DNA of 63,986 nt, the filler included, from Octopus bimaculoides (taxonomy: Eukaryota), in assembly GCF_001194135.2 (NCBI RefSeq). It is 5 parts of 4 records of this genome, joined end to end, with 100 filler letters (N's around TTAATTAATTAA, not from the genome) between each part and the next. Parts side by side here need not be neighbours in the genome. Positions count along the whole stretch, not along the records: positions 1 to 16,652 come from NC_069008.1; positions 16,753 to 38,899 come from NC_068991.1; 3 more parts are not named here. One strand, 5' to 3'. Below are positions 12,200 through 25,024 of this stretch, piece by piece. Made by a program: the position numbers and the translations under genes. Below the pieces are notes generated by a model that saw only the letters and a program-made list of their open reading frames with translations, had not been told where the DNA came from and searched no databases. Positions within the stretch are counted from its first letter, which is position 1. The number at the start of each line of letters is the position of its first letter.

Positions 12200-15100
12200 A
12201 TACTGATATCAGGGAAAAAATCACAGAAAATATTCTTACATGTTTCCAGCAATATATCCTGCAAGAAGGCAAAGTGCCCACAAACCAAAATAGAGAAACT
12301 CAGAAAAAACAAAATCCACACTGAAAATAAGACAAAACATCTAACTCAAAACAATGGGCTACAATCAAACAGGAATAACACATTAAATATTATATCTCTG
12401 AAAACACATATGACCCCACAAAAGAAAGAAACACAACAGAGGTAACAATGCATACAACAAATAAAACGCTAAACCAAAGTAAAATCACTACACAACTACC
12501 GAAACCAGAAATAAATAGTACAGCACAAAAAACAACAACACAAAAAACAACAACAAGCAAAATAATGTACACTATGACTGATCAACTACAATTGATGATG
12601 GGGACAAACTGACTAAAGAAATAACAAAAATAGAAGAAGAAAACATCAAAAAGTCAATAAATATGAGTCACCATGACCATCTCAGACTACAAAAAAATAA
12701 ACAGCTCTGTGAAAGGATAAACAGATACAATAGAGCCTTACAAGAAATAGTGATGACATCAAAAGATACCCTAGATATCAACAAACCAAAAGGACCTGAT
12801 CTACTTAACAGCTGTAGTAATATCCAGGCAAACTGGACTTGACCCTCACAAAGAAAAACAAAAACCAGCCAAATCTCAAACTCCAAAATGAAACAGAACA
12901 TAAAAAAATTAAAAAAACAAAAGAAAGACTTATCTCTGCTCTGTGAATCAGAGAAAGAGGGATCAAAAATGAAAAATAAAAAGAAGACCTGTGTAACAAA
13001 ACAATACAACATAAAAAATAAGATACTTGGGAGGTAAAAGAAAAAAATTAAACAAAGCATAGCAGCAAAAACTCGCTGCATTACAACAGTATGAAAAATG
13101 TGAATGCTTCTTCCAAATTCTATGGAAAGTTAAACAAAAAAACCTTATCAATAGATGATATGCCAACAACATCAGAGGTTCAATGATACTGGGAAGGAAT
13201 ACAGAGCAAAGAACAACACAACAAAAATGCACAATGGATAAATAGGGAAAGGAAAGGAAGAGCAAAATAACACTACAGGTATGGCCAACCATCACAAGTC
13301 AAGGGATCACAGACATACTGAGGACTAGCAGTAAATGGAAAATTCCAGTGATAGACAAGATACCCAACTTCTAGCTGAAACATCTCACCAGCACCTATAC
13401 TCACATAGCAGCAGCATTTAATTTAATAAGCAAGCTGGAATCAACACCAAACTGTATGCTGGAAGGACAAACCACCCTAATTCCCCAAAACAAAGACACC
13501 AAACACCCACAAAATTATAGGCCAACAACCTACAAAGTCATCTATAACTGGAAAAAACAGTCATCTATAACAGGAAAAAACAATGTTTTTACCAGAACAA
13601 AAAGGGATGTTGGAGAGGGATGTATGGTTGTAAGGAGCAACTTCTGGTGAATCGAACCATTATAGAAGACTATAAGAAGAAAAAGGCAAATCTCAACATG
13701 ACTTGGATTGATTACCAGAAAGCATTCAGCAGTGTTCCACACTCATGGTTACTACACACTACTAAAATATATCAACCATACGACGACAAACTGGAAACCA
13801 GTATAACACCGAAAAATGAATCACAAATCAATAAAACCTGCACTATACCCATAAGAGAAATTTTCCAAGGAGACTGACTGTCACCCCTACTTTTCTGCCT
13901 TGTTCTGACTCCACTAACGTAGCTAGAGTGTGTGCTGCACAGGGCAGCCCTTCCGTTTGCTGCCCCTGGACCCCACAAAAAAGCACATACTGCCTACAGT
14001 AGACCCAAAACTTCCACCCCTTTAAAAGTCCTGCCTGGGGCGTCCTGCCTGAGGCGGACTACCCCTAGCGTCTCCCACCAGCTATGCTAGTGTCTGACCC
14101 CACTAACAAACTTGTTAAATGAAATCACCATGGATTAAAGGTGCTATAAACAAGCAATGAACCATCTCCTATACATGGATTATTATAAAATTTTCACTAT
14201 AAATACCTTCTAAAAATTGTCCATAGTTTCAGCGAGGGCATCAGGGTGAGCAGAGGGCTGCACAAATGTACCAAAGTGACATTAAGAAGAGGCAAATTAA
14301 GCAGCACTGAAAATAATGCACTCAACATTGACACAGAAATCAGAAAATTAGAACACAGTCATCCATATAAATATTGAAGAGATGAAACAGCTAAAAAACA
14401 ACAGAAATGAAAGAGGAAATTAAGAGAGAATATTACAGAAGAGTTAGACTCTTAAACACTGAGCTCAGTGCTAAAAGTAAGGATAGCCATATCTGTTATA
14501 AATTACATTACAGCTTCAGCATAATAAACTGGAGGATCAGTGAATTGAGAAACTTAGGAAAACCAGAAAACTATCTACAGCAAACTGAAGTCATTACCCC
14601 AAAACAAACACAGACAATATATCTACCCCACTCAGGTCACAACTTGATACAGAAAACTACTATAAGATAACAGTTGAACTAGAAAAGTACTTAGAAACAA
14701 AAAGTGGAAGGCTAATATATGTCATAAAGCAACACAATGAAAAAAACTCTTCTCTATACACACGGAGGCAACAAAATACAAAACATAAACAAACTACACT
14801 GATACACTGATCTCAAATGACAACATAACAGAAATTGTCAGACATAAAACAACGTGAAAACAGAACTACAAAACATATTAAAGAAGAATTAGAGAGAAAA
14901 ATTACTCCATGATCAATATCCTGCAAGGATTGACAGTGAAGTGAGCTTAAGTAAAAACCAACAATGGCTCAAAAGCTATGGACAAAAAACAGAAACAGAA
15001 GCACTGATTCTTAATGCACAAGAGCACAATGCCGAACCACAAACAACTATAAAAGCAAAATAATGAGAATTACCATAATATTAGTGCCAAGCAATGTTTA

Positions 15101-16296
15101 ATCATAAGCAAAGTTTATGTTAGTTAAAATATGTTTGTGACATTATCAATGAGAAATACCTAAACACAAAATTGTAACTCAACCATGAGAAAGGATTGTA
15201 TGTGTCAGAGAACATCAAAATAGATAATGGAATATTCCAGGGTCTCCCTTCTCCTCTTCTGCCTTCCCTCATTCTCACAAGCTGAATAGAATAAATTACA
15301 GTTACAAAATGTTTGATAAGATTATCTCATACTTGCTCTACATGGATGATCTGAAATTATATGCAAAAGATGACAAGGACCTGAAAGGGCTACTAGTAAC
15401 TGTGGAAAAATTCACTGATGACATCAATATGGAATTTGGCCTTGACAAGTGTATAAAAGCTTCATTCAAACATAGTAAACTGACAGCTAATACCATGACC
15501 CAAAGTGATCATGATACATCTATCAAGGACCTGGCTCAAGAAGGCTTTTATAAGTATCTTGGGGTACATGAAGGGAAAGGGATTCAACATGGATCAATGA
15601 AAGAGTATTATAGATGTGTCAGAATAGTCCTGAATACTGAACTGAACTCCCAGAAAAGAATTTCAGCTATAAACTCCCTGGCGGTACCAGTTGTCCAGTA
15701 TAACCTTAATGTCATCATTTGGAATCTAAGTGAACTCAAGCATACAAACATAAAGACCAGGAAACTGTTGACTCTAAACAGGATGCACCACCCAAAATTA
15801 GATATTCACAGGCTCTATCTCTCATGAAAGAATGCAGTAAGGGCCTAATCCAACCTAATCTCTGAGGGAGAGAATATTACCATCCTATGGGATTATGGGC
15901 AAATAAAGACAGGCAAAAAAAAAGACCTAAGACAAAAACCATACCTGTTAATTGTTGCAATTTTTCTATCCGTAGTTACTGTCATATGAGAGTAACTACG
16001 GATAGAAAAATCGCAACTAAAGAATCTGAAAAACTGTCAAAATATAAGGACCTCAAAATTGAGATATCTAAGATGTGACAGTTAAAAATCAAAACCATCC
16101 CCATTGTTGTTGGTGCTCTGGGAATGATCAAGGTAGGTAGTGACAAAGTTTTTGACCAGATTACTGGGAAACCAACAATCTACAAAAAATTAACTGCCCA
16201 CATCCTCAGGAAGTCTCTCCATCTAATATATACATGCCTTAGGTCTCTGGTTAAGACCAGATCAGAAGATGATAAAATGAAATGCAAATCAATTGG
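12200..16296 (+). mobile_element. Decayed Dong/R4-like LINEs, at least two copies in tandem (~12200-15100 and ~15190-16296)
   Basis: QNYRP, YGCKEQLL, WIDYQKAF, FQGD*LSPLLFC, HLLYMD; then a second GIFQG and LLYMDDLKLYAK...MEFGLDKC; C-terminal KESEKLSKYKDLKIEISKM and TIPIVVGALG; many stops and frameshifts; 5' boundary approximate. Confidence 0.85.
13919..14093. other. 175-bp GC-rich insertion in the LINE RT domain
   Basis: Flanked by ctgactccactaac (13905-13918) and ctgaccccactaac (14094-14107); internal hairpin gggcagc...gctgccc. Confidence 0.75.
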
Positions 16297-16347
<51 letters not shown>

Positions 16348-16359
16348 GTAATGATAATG

Positions 16360-16405
<46 letters not shown>
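16297..16405 (+). repeat. (TAA)n microsatellite between two LINE copies
   Basis: About 108 bp of nearly pure TAA. Confidence 0.95.
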
Positions 16406-16407
<2 letters not shown>

Positions 16408-16652
16408 CTTTAACAACATAATAGCAGATCCAGAGACAATGCCTGAATGGCTCACAAAAGGGAAAACCATCTTAATCCCCAAATCCACGGAAACGGAGAA
16501 ACCACAAAACTATAGACCTATAACCTGTCTCCCTACGATCTACAAAGCCTTTACTGCAATAATATCACAGAGATTGAGTAAACACCTGGAAAATAACAAC
16601 CTGTTTCCAGAAGAGCAGAAGGGGTGCTGCAAGGGCTCATACGGCTGTAAAG
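16406..16652 (+). mobile_element. Dong/R4-like RT N-terminal fragment running into a gap
   Basis: MPEWLTKGKTILIPK...QNYRPITCLPTIYKAFTAII...EEQKGCCKGSYGCK, uninterrupted over 82 codons. Confidence 0.85.
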
Positions 16653-16696
16653 NNNNNNNNNNNNNNNNNNNNNNNNNNNNNNNNNNNNNNNNNNNN

Positions 16697-16708
16697 TTAA
16701 TTAATTAA
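16697..16708. other. Assembly spacer TTAATTAATTAA inside an N gap (also 38944-38955, 61006-61017, 62864-62875)
   Basis: The identical palindromic 12-mer, with stops in all six frames, sits between N runs four times. Confidence 0.9.
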
Positions 16709-17050
16709 NNNNNNNNNNNNNNNNNNNNNNNNNNNNNNNNNNNNNNNNNNNNGGTGGCGGCGGCGGCGGAATGGTTGTTACATAGCTTCATGACCAGCTC
16801 TGATGAAACAGACCTGTGATCAAGAGCGTTCCAGCCATGACCATCTCGACGTTTCCCTATGAGCAGTGAACCCAGAACGAAATTTTTTTGTTTGCGGTTT
16901 TTTTTTTCTTTCTTTTCAAAGCATCTGGGTATGATTCGAAGGAGATTTGGCTGTTATGTCTAGCAGGTAAAGGCAACCACATAAAGACTCCCAACTGGCT
17001 CATGCTGAAACGGAAGTAATTGTTCTGTTTATAGTGGTGAGGGTCACATG

Positions 17051-17332
17051 TTACGTTGGTGGATTTGGTGGTGGAGGTGTTGGTGGTGGTAACATATTCA
17101 TCTTCATTCTTTGTCCTTTCTTTCTGATTCTATTCCTGATTGCCCGGGGCACCACATTATGTCCCATGGAATGGCAATACCTGCAGGACATTCTTCCACA
17201 ATCGGCAATGAAGTCGTTTAATGTCTTCGGTTTTCGTTTTCCATTACCTACGCTTGTCGTCAATTCATGACACCTGCATTCTGTGTAGTACAGGTACTTG
17301 CTATAACTAGTACCTGCCCTGACTTCTTGATC
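17051..17332 (-). CDS. Candidate terminal exon of an unidentified Cys/basic/Pro-rich protein
   Basis: Pyrimidine-rich acceptor ctctttgtaatccag|GAT; 93 sense codons DQEVRAGTSYSKYLYYTECRCHE...DCGRMSCRYCH...PPPTPPPPNPPT*; non-repetitive sequence; no family recognised. Confidence 0.3.
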   Translation of the reverse strand, partial: DQEVRAGTSYSKYLYYTECRCHELTTSVGNGKRKPKTLNDFIADCGRMSCRYCHSMGHNVVPRAIRNRIRKKGQRMKMNMLPPPTPPPPNPPT

Positions 17333-17503
17333 CTGGATTACAAAGAGATAACCTTGAAGAATGAAACGATACAAAATTGCCTGTATTCCGTGCCACGCCT
17401 TTAGTGGGTCCGATTTGTTCGACTATAACCCTCGGAGGCGATGCCCCAGCATGACCGCAGTCCAATGACTGAAACAAGTGAAAAAAATAAATAAATAAGA
17501 GAT

Positions 17504-17545
<42 letters not shown>

Positions 17546-18971
17546 ATGTGAGTTCAAAGAAAACCGGATGCGAAACAACGTTAATCTGAACCACAAAGAC
17601 GTCCCACGCTGTTTTAGACATGACAGCGTCTATTCAACATGGAAATTAAACACCTCACCTGAACAGAAGTTACTCCCTACCGCTTCACTTCTGTCCACTT
17701 ATGTCCTGCCGCTGACCGATTGACCTGTCAGTAGCAAAAACACATCACTAGCGTTTATTTTTCTTTTTTTTTTACCGTAGTATCCAACACGTAGTGACAT
17801 GAATTCGGTTTAACCGACATTATCCGGCAATTAATAGACGAAAAATTCACACTGAATAGAAATTTTATTTTGCCCGTCGTGGACACCCCGCAACTTTTCC
17901 TATCCGAAAGGGTTTTTCAGACGCTATTATTTACTATTTAATGTGTTTGGAGAATTATTTTACGTTGTTTCGAAAATATATTCTTTTATTCTTTTATTTG
18001 TTTCAGTCATTTGACTGCGGCCATGCTGGAGCACCGCCTTTAGTCGAGAAAATCGACCCTAGGGCAAGTGTTTTCTTGTGAATGAAATTAATAGATGGAA
18101 ACTGTGTAGAAGCCTGTGTATGAGTGTTTGTTACCACCACCAGGAATTGACATCGGTGTCGGCTGGTTTACGCCCCCGTAAATAGTAGTCGGGCAAAAGA
18201 GGTCGATAGAATAAGTGCACAACTTACAAAGAAGTAATGGAGTTGATTTCTTCATCTGAATCCTTCAAGGCGGTGGCTAAAAATAATTTCCGAAAACAAC
18301 ATTTGAAAAGCGAAACACAGATAAACAGCAAAACCGATCAATAAAAATTTAGAGAAGTCAAAACATTGGCAAATGGTAGGACGACAACCGCGGACAATGC
18401 CTTAATAAAATAACATTAGAATGGAACCGATGAAAATGATAATCAAGACAAAAGGAAGAAAACATTCCATTGTATATAAAACTAGAATGAATGCGCCACC
18501 ACTACACTCACACGAAAGATCTTAAGATCGCGGTGGCATAAAACTTGAATCGACAAAAATTCAGTATAAATAAAATATAAATGATATAATATGCAATACA
18601 TATTGGCTACTCTATTCCTCTTTCGATGAGAAACCATAACAGCGGAAGGTATTCACATACGTACGTACATACATACATACATACATACATACATACATAC
18701 ATACATACATGCATACATACTTAGTATAAACATAAATGTAAGTATTAAAAAAAATATGAAGTATATAGAATCTTTCTACACACAGAGGAGACCTTATGTA
18801 TGTATGTATATGTTATTGCGTATACATATGCCTTTATATATNNNNNNNNNNNNNNNNNNNNNNNNNNNNNNNNNNNNNNNNNNNNNNNNNNNNNNNNNNN
18901 NNNNNNNNNNNNNNNNNNNNNNNNNNNNNNNNNNNNNNNNNNNNNNNNNNNNNNNNNNNNNNNNNNNNNNN

Positions 18972-19011
<40 letters not shown>

Positions 19012-19979
19012 CATGGAGTCAAATTGAAATGTCATCCGATCATTTTTTTGTGATATATGTCTGAAGTTTACAAACATAAAGCTATAAACATTGAAAGTGT
19101 ATTTCGAGGCACGTTTAAACATGTATGAACTATAAACAAACAATACACACACGCGCGCGCGCACGCACGCACACATTTCTTAAATGTTATATTTCCCGTT
19201 CTATTCGATATACACAGGTAAAAAAGGACTTGTTGCGTAAATGCCAAATGTGGAAACGATCCTTCGCCGCTTACACTGAAAGACAGAGAAGGAAGGACAA
19301 AATGTGAACGTGACCTGACCCTTCTTTTAAGGTCTTATTCATAAATGAGTCGTTTCGCAACCATGTGGTCTTGGGTTCAGTTCTACTGCGTGGCATCTTG
19401 GACAAGTATCTTCTAGCTTAGCACCAGGTTAACCGAAGCCTTGTGAGTGGATTTGGTAGACGGAAACTAAAAGAAGCTTGTTGTGGATACACACGCATAC
19501 ATATACATATATATGTGTGTGTGAAGTGGGACTGAACCCGGACGAAATGTCGCTAAGCATTTTGATCGGCGGTCTAACGATTCTGCCAGTTCACCGCGTT
19601 GCATGTAAATTATATTAAATTTCAGTTTAGACCGATTTAAAAAAATTCTTTTCTTTTCTTTGGCTTTTAGGTTTTTCGGAATTTCAACGATGGGCGGATT
19701 AGGATTTTGAACGAGTGCAAAGTTTCAGCCGCAAGCAAGCAAGGTTTACGCCCCTCATCGTCACTCCATAAGAGCTTGGGGCTCTTTCGTTGCCTCGTTA
19801 CCCCTCGATGACTCGTGTGGATATATTTCTACAGTACATGTCTTTTGTGTAGCTGTGTAGTTGAATGTATTATTTTAAAAAGAAAGAACAGAAAAGAAAA
19901 AGAGACATAATATGAGTGAAACGGGCGGTGGGGGAGATCAAGTGTGGGCTCGGCGTATGAGAGAGAGAGGGAGAGAGAG

Positions 19980-20011
<32 letters not shown>

Positions 20012-21707
20012 TTGGGAAGAGAAAAAAACCCACACACACGCACAGGTAAATGTCCTTTGTTTCCATTGTTGTTGTTGTCTGTCATTGACAATTGTCAGAG
20101 ACACAGGTAGGTTCAATGAAATACTTTTTTTTTACCTGCTGTTGTCACCATGATGAGTCATGACTGACTGATATTCATACACAGCTGTTTACGTATGAGA
20201 CAGAAGTGAGGGAATGTCTGTGCGTGTGTGTATACAAATTTGTACCTATACATGTATACATATATATATATATATATATATATAAGACGGGTTTCTTTCA
20301 ATTTCCGTCTACCAAATCCACTCACAAGGCTTNNNNNNNNNNCGTCTACCAAATCCACTCACAAGGCTTTAGTCGGCCCGAGGCTATAGCAGACACTTGC
20401 TCAAGGTGCTACGCAGTGGGACTGAACCCAGAACCATGTGGATGGGAAGTAAACTTTTTGCCACACAATATATATGTCTTTATCTTTTACCTGTCACTTG
20501 TTTCAGTTACTGGATTGCGAACATGCTGGAGCACTGTCTTGCAGGAACTTAATTAAGCAAATTGACCTCAGTATGTATTTTAGGTATCATAATATTCTAT
20601 CGCTGACTTTTGACGAACCGCTACTATATGCAGATGTAAAGAAACCAATATCGATTGTTCTGGGTCTGTAGCAGAAGAGAATTACTCAATGCGCCGCGCA
20701 CTGTGATCGAACCCGAAACAAAATGACTGCAAACCGAGTTTCTTAACCTCACAGCTATGCTAGTGCCTGCTCGCAACATTTGGGTTTATGTACTGAGTTC
20801 AAATCCCCATCGAAGTCAGACTTGTTCATCATTCTTCCGCGGTCGATAAAATAAAGTACCAATCAAATATCGGTAATCGATATAATATTCCTATCAGGCA
20901 ATCGCGGTGCGGAACGGGGTTGAAATGAAAGAATTAGGGGAGGCAGGACTTATGCAAATGAGAAGAGAAGTTGGAAGTTCATTGAGCTGCCACAGGGTCA
21001 TGTGCAAAGAGGAGAAATAGAAAGATTAAAAAACAAACAAAATATTCCAGTCTGTTTTGTTTTCTTTGAATAAACAGAGACACGTCAATAAATTTGAACA
21101 AAGAAATGCAATACAAAGACAAAAATTTAAAAGTGCTTCCCATTCATTTATTTTCTTCTCACCCCCACCCCAGTTTATATCCCCCTTGGTTATTTTGCAT
21201 GTAGTTATATATTCGAATAATGCGGCGTCTTTTTTTAACTAGCACTACCCACTCTAGTCGGAGTATTCCTGTACATATATACGTACGTGACATACATACA
21301 TACATACATACATACATACATACATACATACATACATAACATAAATACATACATACATACATTTTGTTGGCGGAAACTGTATGGAAGCTCGTCATACAAT
21401 GCACACACGTGTGTGTATGTGTTTCTCTGTGTGTACGTGTGTGCGTAAGTCCGTGTCTGTGTTTTTCCTACGTCACCGCATGACAGCTGGTGTTTGTTTG
21501 TTTACGTCACCTTAACTTAGCAGTTCGGAAAAAGAGATCGATAAACTGAGTGCCAGACTTTAAAGAATATGTACAGAGTTCAATCTATTGGACTAAAACT
21601 CTTCGAGACAGAAGTACCTCAGTATGGCTGCAGAGGAAAGACAGAAACAAGTAAAAGATGAAAGATATATCTGTCTGGAGCAGAGAAATTCTTTGACCAA
21701 ATTCCAC

Positions 21708-21910
21708 CGGCAGAATCGTTAGCACGCCGGTCAAAATGATTAGCATCATATCGTCCGTCTTTACGTTCTGAGTTCAAATTCTGTTGAGGTCGACTTTGCC
21801 TTTCATCCTTTCGGGATCGATAAAATTACTACCAGCTCAACACCGGTTGATGTAATCGATTTACTTAATCACCCAAAACTGCTGGCCTTGCGACAAAATT
21901 TCGAAACTAT
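21708..21910 (+). mobile_element. SINE family A
   Basis: cggcagaatcgttagcacgccgg...gaggtcgactttgcctttcatcctttcggg. Confidence 0.8.
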
Positions 21911-22684
21911 CATTTCATGAGAAATTGAACAAGTTTCGGTATTGAGAAAGACGGAAAGATTTTTTTCAAAACATTGAAAAAAATTAAAAAATATTGGAAT
22001 TTCGAAAACAAAAAAGTACCACATTTTGTTTTCAGAATCGTAATTTCCATTGAAATTGTCGAATACCACCCTAACCTATAAAAAGGGTAGCTTTTACATC
22101 TCTTTTGAGGTATGGAGTGCTTAATTCGAAAATTTGCCGCCTTTCATACTTCACTCGACATTGATTGGTACGATTGATATCCATTATTGTTAGAACTTTT
22201 CAAATTTCTTCAAACATCGAATTGGAGAAATTCCTTTGCGGTCTTTACACTCCATTCATCTCATTCTTTCATTTTCATCGATTGCTTCATTGTCCGCATC
22301 TTCTTATGCGCACACGGCTGATCCAAATTAACACCCGAATTAGTTTTTTTCATCTCGTCTGTTCTCCGTGATCACTGGGGTGAGATTATTCCACATTGTT
22401 ATTTTGTTGAGGGGGAGTAACAGGGAAATTTCTCCGGAAGCAGACGACTCCTAACAATGGAGAAAAAAAGGGGAAAAGAACCTTCTTAATCCGAAGTTTT
22501 GAAAACCATTGAGAACTGTAGCGGAATAATTATCGAGACATTGTTTGAAATTATTATGATGCTGAGGTTAGACATTGTGATCTTAGGAGACTGGGGGAAG
22601 GTGGTTGAGGGAGTGGAAGGAGTCGACATTTGGCATCAGCCAATTAACTGTGTTAATTTGCAATCAGTACATACATATATATAC

Positions 22685-22737
<53 letters not shown>

Positions 22738-24980
22738 NNNNNNNNNNNNNNNNNNNNNNNNNNNNNNNNNNNNNNNNNNNNNNNNNNNNNNNNNNNNNNN
22801 NNNNNNNNNNNNNNNNNNNNNNNNNNNNNNNNNNNNNNNNNNNNNNNNNNNNNNNNNNNNNNNNNNNNNNNNNNNNNNNNNNNNNNNNNNNNNNNNNNNN
22901 NNNNNNNNNNNNNNNNNNNNNNNNNNNNNNNNNNNNNNNNNNNNNNNNNNNNNNNNNNNNNNNNNNNNNNNNNNNNNNNNNNNNNNNNNNNNNNNNNNNN
23001 NNNNNNNNNNNNNNNNNNNNNNNNNNNNNNNNNNNNNNNNNNNNNNNNNNNNNNNNNNNNNNNNNNNNNNNNNNNNNNNNNNNNNNNNNNNNNNNNNNNN
23101 NNNNNNNNNNNNNNNNNNNNNNNNNNNNNNNNNNNNNNNNNNNNNNNNNNNNNNNNNNNNNNNNNNNNNNNNNNNNNNNNNNNNNNNNNNNNNNNNNNNN
23201 NNNNNNNNNNNNNNNNNNNNNNNNNNNNNNNNNNNNNNNNNNNNNNNNNNNNNNNNNNNNNNNNNNNNNNNNNNNNNNNNNNNNNNNNNNNNNNNNNNNN
23301 NNNNNNNNNNNNNNNNNNNNNNNNNNNNNNNNNNNNNNNAAAGTTTGGTATTTATTCTCCCTCTTTTGCCGAACCGCTATGTTACGGGGACGAAAAACAA
23401 ATGACATCAATTGTCAAGCGGTGCATGGCGGACAAACACAGACATAAATATACACACACATAGTCAAAGATGTATATCACGAGATTCCACACAGTTTCTG
23501 TCTGTTTCTCAAAAATACAGCCATTATACTCAATCCAAAAGAAAATTAAAAGTAAATAAAGTTTAAATTATAAAAGCAATTTAAGTTTTAAGATTTGCCC
23601 TTAAAAAAAAAAAGAGACAACCCCCAAACTAGGGCCTCTTTTGTTGCATATATTACTGGTCCCGCAGTTTTTAATGCTGCTGTGACAAAAAGGCTATCAT
23701 TATAAGGGTCGACAGGGCATAGGTGATTTCACGTACAATGAACAGCATTTGAAGTGGCCCTGGGGGTGGGGTGTAAAGAAGGTGAATAACTTTGAGTCAC
23801 GGTTAGTATTTCTGACCTTTAGATAACCTGTCTGGACCAATCAATTTATTTTGCTACCCGTGTGTTCCACGAAAGAGAAGGGAACGTGTGTGCGCGTGCA
23901 TGTATATGTGTATATGTGTATGTGTGTGCGCGCCTGAGTTTGTGTGCATGTGTGCATGTGTGTGTGTGTGCGTGTGTGTGAGAGAGAGAGAGAGAGAGCG
24001 AGAGACCGTACGAATATACCTATGTACCTATGTACCTATGTATGTCCCATGTGAACAAAGCATGTTTATAATCACAAATTAATCATCTTCACGCATCGTT
24101 CCTTCCTTCGTTCCTTCGTTCCTTCCTTCCGTCTCTTTCATTTTTTTTCTCCCTTTATTCTCTTTCAGATCATCTCCTTCAAAAGAAAAGCAACTAAAAG
24201 AAAGAAAAAAAAATATTCTACTACTGAACGCCATCGCTTTATCCCTTTCACATTAACATTTTTCTACCCACCGTATTTGATGGCGTTTAAGATGCACTTT
24301 TTCTAAAAATAGAAAAAAAGGAGTCTGAAAACCACCAAGCAAAATTGTGCTTCCCCTCAGCACATTTTGTCGCAGACTCACATGATTCTGTCTTCTGCAA
24401 CAACTTCGGTCCGATTAAAGCCCTGTGAGTGGATCTGGTAGACGGAAACTGGAAGAAGCCTATCGTACATATATACATGCATACATACATACATACATAT
24501 ATGTATGTATGTATGTATGTATGTCATTATTCAGTTTATTTCAAGATTTCTTGCCAATAGAAAAGGAGTCGGTTTCTAACCTAAATCCAAGACTCCTTCA
24601 TTGGAATTTCAACATCAACAACAGGGTATTTTTGCTTGTATGTATGTACGTCTCTTTTATGTTTTAATTGTTGTAAATCTTCCACTGAAGAGGGAGCCAG
24701 TTTCCAACAAAGATACAAGTCTCGATCTTTGGGATGTAGTTAACACAGACAAATTGTATGCATGAATGTATGTATATCACTATGCGTATATGTATGTATG
24801 TATGCATGTATGTATGTGTGCTTTCATGTATGTATGTAAGTATATCGCTATGTGTGTATGTATTTTTGCATGCATGTATTTGTACCCCGCAAAACCTTCA
24901 TAATCGGCGTTGATTTATGTCCACGTGACTTATCTGTTCGGCAACAAAGGCCAATAGAATAAGCACCAAACTTACCAAAA

Positions 24981-25024
<44 letters not shown>

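Noticed and set aside
16697-16708. TTAATTAATTAA palindrome recurring four times
   Set aside because: Always isolated between N runs; it is an assembly spacer, not a biological motif.
17770-17800. ATG TCA CTA CGT...G|gtaaaa as centrin-3 exon 1 (MSL...)
   Set aside because: Only three residues match, and no exons 2-3 are visible between here and 11306.
19668-19830. Possible exon in a CpG-richer patch
   Set aside because: Short open frames on both strands, no recognisable protein and ambiguous splice sites.
20307-20370. Duplicated cgtctaccaaatccactcacaaggctt around a 10-N gap
   Set aside because: Most likely an unmerged contig overlap within a SINE.
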